A stretch of 62,858 bases of DNA, counting the filler, from Octopus bimaculoides (Eukaryota): the NCBI RefSeq assembly GCF_001194135.2. It is 7 parts of 6 records of this genome, joined end to end, with 100 filler letters (N's around TTAATTAATTAA, not from the genome) between each part and the next. Parts side by side here need not be neighbours in the genome. Positions count along the whole stretch, not along the records: positions 45,876 to 57,857 come from NC_068983.1; positions 57,958 to 62,858 come from NC_068984.1; 5 more parts are not named here. One strand, given 5' to 3'. Position 1 is the first letter of the stretch; each line of letters starts with the position of its first letter. A model generated the notes under the pieces. It was not told the origin of the DNA, made no database searches, and was given only the letters and a program-made list of their open reading frames with translations. The position numbers and the translations under genes are program-made. This document shows, piece after piece, positions 51,391-62,858 of this stretch.

Positions 51391-53069
51391 GCCGACATTG
51401 GTGGTAGAAGTAGAAGGGGAAAAAAGAAGAGGAACGAAATGAAGTGTATGAAGTGACGAAGAAAAACATGGGATGGGGAAAAAAGGAGAAAAGGAAGCAG
51501 AAGACGAAGAAGAAAATAGGACATGATAAGTTCGGTTGTGAGTGATAGGAAGAACATAAATGTTGAGTGAATCTATCTGTAAACTAAAAGGATATATATT
51601 CTATCGTATTGTTGTATTGGTGATTTCTTTGTGTATTAATGATTTCTTCAGAGCTGTCACCATGTTCAAGGAACGTGTGGAATAAATGCTTCATAGGAAT
51701 CATATTTTATCTTCACAGCTTCAGTTGCGTTTATTATCTTACAGTTAATATGTTATGGAATTAGAACAATTTCAGTTTTAACATTAAAAGCTTGCATATC
51801 ATAGAATTCACTCAAAGTATACTGTGTCATTACGTGTATGCGTGTGCGTGCGTCCGTGAGTGTATGTGTATATGTGTGCTAAATTCGTAAATGCTTTACA
51901 CTGTAATAAACACAAACACAACAAGAATATTTTAAGAAGGATGTATAGCAGACAATAGAAGCAGATAACATACAAACGGGATTCAGAGTTACGCTTATCA
52001 GATCCTCATATATATGAATAAATAAATCCCATGCAAAACAACGATGACAGATTAAATTTTTAAAATGATTTGAAAAGAATATATAATCTCATGTGTAAAT
52101 ATACTTAAGAAAATATTCTGTTCAGATGTACCATTTTAAAAATACAGCTGTAATAGATAAGAAAATTATGTATTTATGCAATAAAAGTTTTAGAAACCAC
52201 CAAATCATACCAGACAACTGAAACTTATTTCGTAGGAACTCTAAAGCAATTTTGAATAATATAAAATAGTTTTGACTCTTAGTTATGAAAATATATTCAT
52301 ATTGAAGATGTTTATGTCAATAAATGTTCTCAACATTGTTGTAAGGGTTTAAGTAAATATATTTAATTCAAAGAAAATCTCTGAAGTAGGTATACATTTA
52401 GATATCTAGAATTTTTTATGAGGAGAACAGCTGCCCATTCTCTTAAAACAAACGTTATGTTCCAACACTTAATTATCGAGCTTCTTTTGTTATGAAAGAA
52501 TTACAGCTTATGATGAAGTTGATGCCAGCTGTATTGCATTTCATTGCTTAACCCTCCATGTATCTCTATATTTAGAACAACATTGGCTTATATATTTGAT
52601 TATTAATTTAATTCTTTACCCATCAATAATTTTCTCTACTTCAATTCACTTTGTATGGTGTCTAAAAATATATACTTGCGAAAGGGAGGATAATTTTATT
52701 TCCTGAAAAATACACACACTGTATTGTTATGATTATATAAGATGCAGCTTGTCATTAAGGTAACGTATAAGTCTCTCAAGTATGTATATATCGTTAAATA
52801 TGTAATCCTCAACTGAAAAGTTTACACATTTTATTTCAACAAATAAATATACTATATCTGATTCTTTGAAATGTTTATATTCCTAATATAATGAGTATGG
52901 TTACATTCTCTTCCTCATGATGCGTCAGTTAAAGACAGCCGTTTTTCTATTTAGGTTCAGTAATTATAGTTGTGAAATTTTAATGATTTTTATAGAAGAA
53001 AGTGGTGTAGTAAAAAGTAAACTTTCTATTGTATCTTGTTACAAATATGAACTTTGTAAATTTAGCTTT

Positions 53070-53260
53070 AAATTTTGGCACAAGGCCAGCAATTTCCGAG
53101 GGTATCAGTTGATTACATTCACGTCAGTGTTCAACTCATTCTTATTTTCTCGATCGACTGAATGAAAAGCAAAAGAATGAAAAGTAAAATTGACTTCTTT
53201 GAGACTTCAACCAAGAACATAAAACCTAAGGAAATTTTACTTAGTGAAGAAGTACCTGTT
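53070..53260 (-). mobile_element. Degenerate family E SINE
   Basis: TTTTGGCACAAGGCCAGCAATTT...GATTACAT tail. Confidence 0.65.
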
Positions 53261-55064
53261 GACTATCGATTCTACAATATTGCTGCATTTTAATTATATA
53301 TATGTATAATGGAAACGATGAAAGTGACCCCCATATTTCTATAGCAATCAGGAAGTTACATAGGTATCGTTTTACCGTTAAATTACGTAAAACATAAAGA
53401 TATCTTCAAGAAAGTGCAGATTCCTGTTATGCTTCCTACATTTAGAGTCACCATAAGATGCCATTGTAATTATTTCTGAACTTAATCATACTGCGTTAAA
53501 CTCTGATTAAACATTAAATTTAGAAGAATGTAAAAACGCACTGTGGAGTGGACACCAATCCCTATCTGATAGCAAAGGTTGCAGAATTCAATGTTATAAA
53601 TTATCGAAACAGTCAGTAATTAGATCTACATCAATTTCGGCATGCACAATCAAGATAGGAAGAATTAAAGTGATACAATGTTATCAACTTTTCTTGAGAC
53701 ACTAAGTTATTGCTATATATAAGACGTATGTAGATAAATGAGTGGACAACTTCGATGGTGTTAAACACCATCTGTCTTTCACATTCCTATAATACTATAT
53801 TACGTACGTTGTACATTAAGCGTTTTTTGCTAATTTTGCCACAATTAAATTTTCTATAGCTTCGTGTATGAATTGAAGTGATGTTAGATCTATTGCTACA
53901 CTGTAAATACTGTCTTCGTCCGAATTAGTCATATTATTTCTTTTCTCATTGTTATAGCACTTTTACAGTCAACATATAAGTTTCCCATATAAGTGATTAT
54001 GTGCCCCCCCCTACCCCCCAAAAAAACTGCATAAATGTTTGCTATACGTAATATCTACATATAACACTGAATATTCACAACTGATATTAGAAGGAAACAT
54101 GTTTTGAAACTTCCCTTACAAGTGTGTCACTAGTCAACCCGTTTTCCTAAATGCTTATCAAATCGAGTTATTTGAGCACTGTTTTTTATAAAGAGAAACA
54201 GTTCTAATCCATCGTTCGAAGACTGCAAGACTTCCATAACATTGCATCATATATGGGGAATTCGTAGAAAGAGGTGTCGCTTCATATTGAGGGCTTCACA
54301 TCAAAACGGAAGAAACATTGTGTACACAAGCTAGGAAAAGTTATCTCGTCTTTCATGTTAAGATGCTAGCAAAAATCTCGCCTCTGATGGGGCATAGATC
54401 GTGTGCTATATTTAACACACCATTATTGAACTCAACTTGCTTATGCTATGGAATTATTTAGGAACAAGTTACCATAACATTGTCAATTGTCAACTTGATA
54501 AAAGTAGATGATCTTTAGAGTTTTTATTTTGAGTGACGTAAGTTCGTTGATTCGTTCAACGAAGAAAACGCCGAATCTATGATGCCTTTGCTTCATTAAT
54601 AACTCGTTTTTTTTTCGTTTATTAGATGTCTGTAACGTTTTATAATGCAAGACGTCTCTGTGCAATTATGTAAGACTGGTTTTATAAAACCCAAACAGCT
54701 ATACTAGCTCCATGCAAACACACACACACACATACATGTTTGATGTGTATCAAAGATATTACTGCCATCGGGAATGAGAAGCTGTTGTTGAGAGACAAAT
54801 AGAACAAGACAGGGAGAGAGAGCTTGCATGTGTAAAATATAGATAGATGTCGCTAGGAACCTTCAGCTGCAAGGGGGCGTCCAGTAAACCGGGAAATACG
54901 ATATATTATTATTAATAATTAAGCCGAAAAAAGTGTGTAAAAGTACATATTGCCACAAAAAAGCCATAAAACGTCGCGGACGATATTTACTATTCCGCGA
55001 ATAAGGAGAGGTACACTATATATATGTATATAAATACATACATACACANNNNNNNNNNNNNNAT

Positions 55065-55123
<59 letters not shown>

Positions 55124-55293
55124 ATGTTAATATGATGATGGAAAATTTGACATCCGGAACTGTAGCTTATTACAAGAAAATTGTACATTTACAAATTGTT
55201 TATTCGCTTCATAGACTCATAGTAGTATCACCTTCAAACTGAATGGATACGTTGATCTTTGTGAACCGCCCGGATGCTATTGGATACCAACAT

Positions 55294-55411
55294 TTCTTCT
55301 TCTTCTTCTTCTTCTTCTTCTTCTTCTTCTTCTTCTTCTTCTTCTTCTTCTTCTTCTTCTTCTTCTTCTTCTTCTTCTTCTTCTTCTTCTTCTTCTTCTT
55401 CTTCTTCTTCT
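55294..55411. repeat. (CTT)n microsatellite
   Basis: Visible. Confidence 0.95.
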
Positions 55412-55849
55412 TTATCTTGTCAATTAAAAAAAAAATTACCCTTATAAACACTTATTGTATTTTCTATACTTCCCCGAGTGCACCATTGAAAAAAAGACAA
55501 GAGAAAACGATAGGGGGAGAAATATAGAGAGAAACATGCAGAGAGAGAAAGAGAGAGGAAAAAATGCATGCCGCAAGCATCAATTCCAGTAATATTCGAA
55601 AATGACTCACCTACTGAGAGCAGCATGTGACATGAATAACTATCCTATACCGGAAAGAAATATATAGGCCTGCAACCTGTATATACTATCTAGCAGCTTA
55701 ATTTGAATGAGTTGCAGTGGAATCAGATCGCATACATTACGATGAATATTTTGACAATAAATAAGAAATGATGAAGCAAAGTTAACAGTTTTCAATGTCT
55801 TAACTCTGTCATCCAAGCTGTTATGACTATATATACATTCATACATACA

Positions 55850-55880
<31 letters not shown>

Positions 55881-55966
55881 GTACATACATACATACATAC
55901 ACATACACACTCACATACACACACACACACACACACACACNNNNNNNNNNCATACACATACACACT

Positions 55967-56027
<61 letters not shown>

Positions 56028-56116
56028 CATTTGCTGATCATAAAACGAAGCTCAAATTGAATGGGTTGGGAGTGAATGTAGTTAAATAGTAGTAGTAGTA
56101 GTAGTAGTTGTTGTTT

Positions 56117-56151
<35 letters not shown>

Positions 56152-58313
56152 TAGTAGCAGTTGTAGTAGTAATAGTTGTAGTAACTGTAGTAGTAGTGGT
56201 GGTGGCTGCAGAAGAATAGAACATAAATAAAATCTTTGTCTATTTGGTAGATATATTCAAATGCATACAAATGTATGCAGGTGCATTTAAGCATGCAAAA
56301 TCCGCACACTATCACACGGACATAGGTGCACACACACACACACACACACACTGAAAGAGAGTAAGAGAGAGAAGAGAGACAGAAAATTAGGGAGAGGCTG
56401 GAAGAGCGAAAGAAATAAAAGTAAGTTGGAAATATTCTTTCAGAAAGCCTTATGAATATTCATAAATCGTATATATTCGTGTACCTTTTCTATATTTTTC
56501 TCATCCTCACTCTGTTTCATTATGTAATATTATTTAAGCTTTTCCTATGACACATGATATTTCTAGTTTACCACTAAGAAACTATAAATATCACGTAGGG
56601 TTTAAGAATAATAACTTCTGAAACCTATAATATAACTCTTAGTTTCTAAAAAAAAACAAGTGTAAAATATGAATGTTCCATAACTTAAATATTCCTTTAG
56701 CTGTTACCCAACATTAGTCTTTTATTAATATTATCTAAAGAAGTAAATATATAATTTTTAATCTAATATATATTTTGAATTATTATACCTTTTCTATAAA
56801 TATTATCTATTGGTGTTAATAAGTTACATATTCTTTACCATAGTAATAGTAATTAAGCTATTTTATTCCTTTTCTATGGTGTTTTGGCCTACTTGATTAT
56901 TTTATTTTATTTCTTTATTATTTTATAATTAGCTTTTATTTATTTATTTATGCAATTAATCTAATTTTGGTATCTCTATAAATTCATACATAGCTTATAT
57001 AAAACTATCCTGGTATATTCACTATTTATAAAAATCTGCTTAGATTACAGCATGTTCTTTACCTAAATACACTTGTATTAATACCAGTATATACCAATTA
57101 ATCAATATTCACAGATACCATCTATTGAGTTAGTATTTAAGTGTACAATATGTATAAATATTAAACTATTTCTGGATAATTTCTTTTCCTCGCTCTGTTG
57201 TCGTAAAAGTTTGGTATGTACTCAAAAGTATTCATAAATTTCTATCTTTTTGTTATAATATTCTTCTTAATAATCCTTTGAATAACCCTAAACTTTAACT
57301 ATATACAATATAGCAACATTTTAAAAATATCTAACATAGTACTACATGACAAGACTTCCCTTGTTTCATTATCAATGGTCTGCTAGTGGGTAACCCCCTT
57401 AATTGTCAGATAACATCTTGTCTTAAGTTTTCCTCTACCAAACCTCATGATATTGCTTCTAATAAATCTTGATTTTTATGACTATACCAACTATAATTTC
57501 TGTCTGCTCCCTCAGCCCTACCACTAACTGATACTGTCCTCTCTTCTCTCAGCCTTAGATATACAAAGATTTGATAAACTAGTCTATAAATTAAAACTGA
57601 CCCCATAAAGACAAAACATTCAGTGACAGGCAGAGTCTGTAACAATATATATCTTCTTGATAACTTAAGGACTTCTATGCTGGAGTGGTGACAGCATGTT
57701 CTTTGTCTGTCTCCTTAACTTCTTGAGATTTTAGGTGTCCATCTGTTCAAATTTAATAAATTTGTATGTCTTTGTGCAGCTGAGGATTACTCTGCATTTT
57801 AAATTGATGTAACGATTGCATTGTTCAATCCTTGTTGCTTATATATATATATATATANNNNNNNNNNNNNNNNNNNNNNNNNNNNNNNNNNNNNNNNNNN
57901 NTTAATTAATTAANNNNNNNNNNNNNNNNNNNNNNNNNNNNNNNNNNNNNNNNNNNNTATATATATATATATGTATATGCGTGACGTGTGTGTACATTGA
58001 CACCAAACTTAGTTTATAGAAGTCATATGAATATTTTGAATATTCTGTTATATAATTTTTATAATTTTCAAAGCAGTGACATTTAATGTATATATAAAAA
58101 TGGCCTTAAGAGTTGAAACTGAAATTTCTTTAGATAAGCAGCGAATGAGGGGTAATTTTTCAAAAAATTGTTTCTCTGTCCTGTGTTCTCATCAATTATG
58201 CCTAGTTTCTCACATTTCTGATATCGAAAAGCTCATTTTCTTACACATGATGTCTTCAGTTTTTCCTGTGATCTCTATCTCCCTTTCTTTCTTTCTTTCT
58301 CTCTCTCTCACTT

Positions 58314-58362
<49 letters not shown>

Positions 58363-58639
58363 GTCTATCTATCTCTTCCACCTTCTTTCATCACCAAGTC
58401 ACCTCTCTTTCTCTCTCTCTCTCTCTCTATTCTTCAGATTCTTTGCCAGCATCACTCTCCTCACTTTCTCTCTGGGTTGTTAGCTTCTTAAATTCTGTTC
58501 GCCCTTTCATTTGCCTAAAGACTAGCCTCCTTACTTGCACCTCATCCTACAGTCCATTTTCCACCCGTTGTCAAATATGTGCAGTACGATATCGAGTTAA
58601 TTAGTTTTGTCTTATTTTGCCCGTGAAAAATTAATATTA

Positions 58640-58703
58640 TTTTTGCACCACCATCACCAACACCACCACCAAAACCACTACCACCACCACCACCACCACC
58701 ATC

Positions 58704-58760
<57 letters not shown>
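58640..58760. repeat. (CAC)n(TAC)n microsatellite
   Basis: Visible. Confidence 0.95.
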
Positions 58761-58761
<1 letters not shown>

Positions 58762-60205
58762 CAATAATCGTTGCGGTTGTGCTTGCTGTTTACCATAGTC
58801 GTAGTAAGGAACAATGGCCAGTTACTTGAGCTAGTACTGCAGTTTGGCTGGCAGGCACTAAAGAATCTGTTGGAATGTATGTATGTATGTGTATACATAC
58901 TAGTTTACTATCCAGAACTGCAATACTCAAACTCTTCCCACATTTTTCATACAGGTGTTAATCTACAGAAATTCAACCTTAAATTCAGTAGGTAAGTTTT
59001 ATATTGACCTACACCAACTCTGCTAGTCTAAGGAATTCAAGACTTCTTTGTATTTCCACTTTTCCAACAGATTAATATTGTCAATAGATCATTCTGAAAT
59101 GTATGTAACGAACCTAATTTCCTCCTCACATTACAACAGCTTTCACTTGTTACGAATCAAATCACTTTTCTCCCATGCTGTTAAGACAATTTGTTGATAC
59201 GCAGTGTGTAACAGAAGAAAATACGTTATGTTTATTAAATTTATTCATAATTATATTTATAATAAACATTTATATTTTTGTGCGTGTATATGTTTCTATA
59301 TAAGGGCCCCAGCTTTTCATTTATGCATGTTTCATCAAATACACAACTACGTTTAAATTTTATCATTCTTTTTTACTTCATTTTACATTTTTTTTAAATT
59401 TTCGAAAGTTTTTAATGTTCTTTCCATATTTTCATATTGGATCATTACAGTTGGTTTGGAACAAACCAACTATATATATATATATATATNNNNNNNNNNN
59501 NNNNNNNNNNNNNNNNNNNNNNNNNNNNNNNNNNNNNNNNNNNNNNNNNNNNNNNNNNNNNNNNNNNNNNNNNNNNNNNNNNNNNNNNNNNNNNNNNNNN
59601 NNNNNNNNNNNNNNNNNNNNNNNNNNNNNNNNNNNNNNNNNNNNNNNNNNNNNNNNNNNNNNNNNNNNNNNTGTGTATGTATGTATGTATGTATGTATTT
59701 CAACGAAGTAAAAAAAAGGGAGATTGGGAAGTTAATAATTGATTGTTATAAACAGCAAACTAATCATTTTCAGTTACAACTGTAAACGCCTCGCCCGGAC
59801 AATACAAATCATAAACCATAACATTCAACCTGCTATAAGGAATCCAAAGGTACATAGTTTTTTTTCCTCTGAAGATATTATGCTCTGGTCATATAAATAT
59901 ATATTTAATATTTACTGACTATTAATTGAAACAGCTGTAAGTGAAGATGATTAATCTTCTGTTAATGATAAAGAATTAACTTCCCAATCTCCATTTTCTT
60001 TTTCTTCTTTTAAATGAATATAAACTATATTTTTTATATATATACCTAAATACTAGGTATATATATACCTAAATAATAGATATTGAACCAGTATTTCTTT
60101 GGGTGGAACCATCCCTTTGTGAGGTTAACACAACCTCTAATTAAGTTTAATATATGTATAGGAAGAGAATTAACGAATGCTTGTTGCAAAGGTTTGACTA
60201 CATAC

Positions 60206-60481
60206 TTGAGCAGAGACCAGTGAAGTTATGCTGCCATTTGTATTCGCCAGCTGCAAAGTGAGGCATAATAATGATGAAAGAACCGATGCTGAGACAAAAT
60301 AAGCCGAATCCAATCCAACGCATTTTATAGCCGACTGCACCGATAAAGCTAACAAAGAGAGCAACAGGGGCGGCAGTAATGTCATGGACACTGGCTATCC
60401 AACCAGCTTGACTACTGGTCAATCCAAATCTTTTTTCAATAGTTGACATGTTGACATTGATAATTCCGTTCAGAATAAAAC
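60206..60481 (-). CDS. SLCO4-like: Internal exon of an organic anion transporting polypeptide (OATP/SLCO; SLCO4-like), N-terminal transmembrane region
   Basis: FILNGIINVNMSTIEKRFGLTSSQAGWIASVHDITAAPVALFVSFIG...RWIGFG...GSFIIIMPHF...Y matches OATP motifs (STIEKRF, G-I-S-YDI, RWIG, GS----PHF); acceptor TTTTATTTTTCAG|G, donor A|GTATGT; 276 nt, phase 1-1. Subfamily assignment is tentative. Confidence 0.92.
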
Positions 60482-61339
60482 CTGAAAAATAAAATTAGAA
60501 TATAAGAATGCGTCAAAGTGTAATTTAAAGGAAAAGTGTATGTATATACATTGGAATATATACATATGCATATGTGTATGTATGAAGCGGAAACAGAGAG
60601 AGAGAGAGAGGGAGAGAGAATGAGAGAGAGAGTGAGTGAGAGTGAGAGTGAGAGGGGGTGGGAGGAGTGATCATGTGAAAGGACTTAAATGTTGTAACCC
60701 AGTGTGAATTTTCTGTCATTTTATGATTTATTAAAACTATATGATCTTTCATCTTTTACTTGTATCAATCATTAGATTGAGGTCATACTGAAGGTCATAC
60801 CTTGAAGGTCATTAAAGTAAGATCACGCCTTGAAAAATTTTTAGTCGAATGAATCGACCTCAGTACATATTTTTAAGCATGATCCTTAATTCGTCAGTAT
60901 TTTTTGCCGAAATGCTAAGTCCAAGAAAGGAAGTTATAGCATTACACTTATTTTGTTACGATCGTTTCAACAATAAATGGTTCAGACACATCATGAATAT
61001 AAAAATTAAGATAAATGCTTACGTAGTTCTATAATATATTGCGTGCGATCTGTGTACATCTCATTAAAGGTCAATATTAATGGATTATACTACGTGTCTG
61101 CTTAATTATCCCTGGAATTTTGGTTCGTATGAATGGTTACTATTAATAAAAACTGTCCACTGCTATACACTCTGCTAGCCAGTATTTGCAGGAGTGTTTA
61201 CACTTTATTATCTCCCTTTCATTCAAACACTTAAAATAAAATTTTTTTTTTTTTTCCTTTTCTTTCAACCTCTTTTTTTCTAATCATTCGCCATGCTTGA
61301 CCGCTGAAATCTGAAAGTTTTTTTTTATTCACTCTCTGT

Positions 61340-61495
61340 TTATTTTCTCTTATTCCTGTCTGTTGACTATCGTAGGCGCGAAACGTAAAAGACTTATTTA
61401 TTTTTCCCGAGCGTCAAACTAATACATTTGCTTGTTGTTCATATATCTGTCTTCGTCTTTAGATTTTCTATAAATTTTAACTATATATGTATATA
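61340..61495 (+). mobile_element. Decayed copy of the 43630-43790 repeat, with hammerhead-like relic at 61355-61392
   Basis: CTGTTGACTATCGTAGGCGCGAAACGTAAAAGACTT...CCCGAGCGTCAAACTAATACA. Confidence 0.7.
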
Positions 61496-61599
61496 TGTAT
61501 ATNNNNNNNNNNNNNNNNNNNNNNNNNNNNNNNNNNNNNNNNNNNNNNNNNNNNNNNNNNNNNNNNNNNNNNNNNNNNNNNNNNNNNATATATATATAT

Positions 61600-61915
61600 A
61601 TATATATTACGGAGATGTACTTGCATGGGTACAGGACATCACCAACTGTACACAACATGAAATACGCAAACAACGAGAGAAAAAACTGGAAACAGGACGA
61701 GTAACACAAAGAACGACCCCTCATCCGTTGTCGGTTGTCTATCTACACCCCATTTCGAGCAATCAACAGCAATATGAGTCTTGGAAGACAGTTGTTCTCA
61801 TAACTTCCAAAATAAAATTTGGGATTTACGGAGGGTCAAAGTTGGGAGCAAAAACAGAACAGTGGAGACATACAGGGAAACCGAACGAAAACAAACATGG
61901 AGGGTCGTTAGACCA
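61600..61915 (-). mobile_element. Family H repeat
   Basis: Homologous to 13860-14155. Confidence 0.8.
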
Positions 61916-62301
61916 GAACCCGGGGAAAGATACTGATATATATATATATAATGATCATTCGACATTTATTTATCCCATTCTTTGTAGTTGCGTATTGAAC
62001 TTTTGTCTTCGGTCATTAACTTTCCTTCTTATCCTTCCTCCTTTCTTTTATCTCTCATGTATACTCAGCCCCTCGTTTACTCTTCTTTCCTCTCTCACAC
62101 CCACATCTTTGTTTTCACTTCATTTTATATCTTGCTTTAATAATTCAAAGAATTGTTTGCATTATTTTAATTTCAATTTCAGTTATTTAGTTATTTAAGG
62201 AGATGTACATCGGTCTCAATTAGATAATTATTTAGATATCACTCAATTTATTAAAAAAGAATTACTTGCTGACATTTATTCACATTCTTGATACTTTAAT
62301 A

Positions 62302-62346
<45 letters not shown>

Positions 62347-62823
62347 GTTTTGCAAACAACTTCCACATGCAAGTGCTGTCAGTCGAGAACTCCGCATACC
62401 GGAAACCAGCAGGTGTATTGGTTCATCAGGAGAGAATGCGCGCCGTTTGAGGACCTACCTCTCGACGTCATCATCAGGCACCAGTCCCCCTCAATGATAT
62501 GAGGCTCCGCTTGCTAGATCCACTGGTTATCAAATAAAGCTCAATATTTCTCTAGCCATCGCTCATCGTCTCTATTTAATCAAATCCAATGGCTAGCCTT
62601 TTCCACTGTAGTTTGGATATCGGTCATGGTGGTAGTTACGCACACACACACATACACACACACTCTCACACACACAAACACACAAGCACACATACACACA
62701 CACACACATATATATATATATAATCAAAATAAGCAACAGGATATCAAGTAGTGATGCAGTACGACCGTTTCAAGCGATTCCATTTAATTGAAAAATATAC
62801 ATACATACACACACACACACACA

Positions 62824-62858
<35 letters not shown>

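Noticed and set aside
54200-54420. PSFEDCKT as a Helitron RepHel fragment
   Set aside because: Only a few residues match, and frames are broken
58778-58870. Candidate next SLCO exon (CAG|…ACQPNCSTSSSNWPLFL…|GTAAAC)
   Set aside because: That frame needs phase 2 whereas the upstream exon ends in phase 1; the phase-1 translation is not OATP-like
59780-59870. FGFLIAG as an SLCO fragment
   Set aside because: In-frame stop follows immediately, the donor is weak, and the preceding GAWW is absent
62400-62500. Two minus-strand CTGATGA motifs as tandem hammerheads
   Set aside because: Neither has a correctly placed GAAA and UH; at most a decayed Penelope-type relic

Overview
Animal genomic DNA, very AT-rich and dominated by microsatellites, retroposons and N gaps. 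The repeat landscape (dense compound microsatellites, abundant tRNA-derived SINEs) looks like an octopus/coleoid cephalopod genome; this is inference, not a database match. Only one host exon is well supported: a 276-bp phase1-phase1 exon of an organic anion transporter (OATP/SLCO) on the minus strand (60206-60481). Most ORFs in the supplied track are translations of microsatellites or N runs. Recognisable mobile DNA: a Tc1/mariner transposase relic, a mariner MITE, an RTE LINE RT fragment, two restriction-like-endonuclease LINE relics, a Penelope-like RT relic, a Helitron 3' end, a HINE-like element, an 8-bp-TSD MITE, a foldback element and many SINEs. Repeat families are given my own local labels A-H. 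The most interesting observations are: short Penelope-type repeats carrying minimal hammerhead-ribozyme motifs, two sharing a non-canonical CUGUUGA core; an unidentified 184-codon CpG-rich open frame cut at both ends by repeats; several near-perfect foldbacks; a MITE carrying telomeric repeats inside a SINE; and a templated inverted duplication at a LINE junction. I cannot demonstrate a wholly new biological system from this sequence alone.
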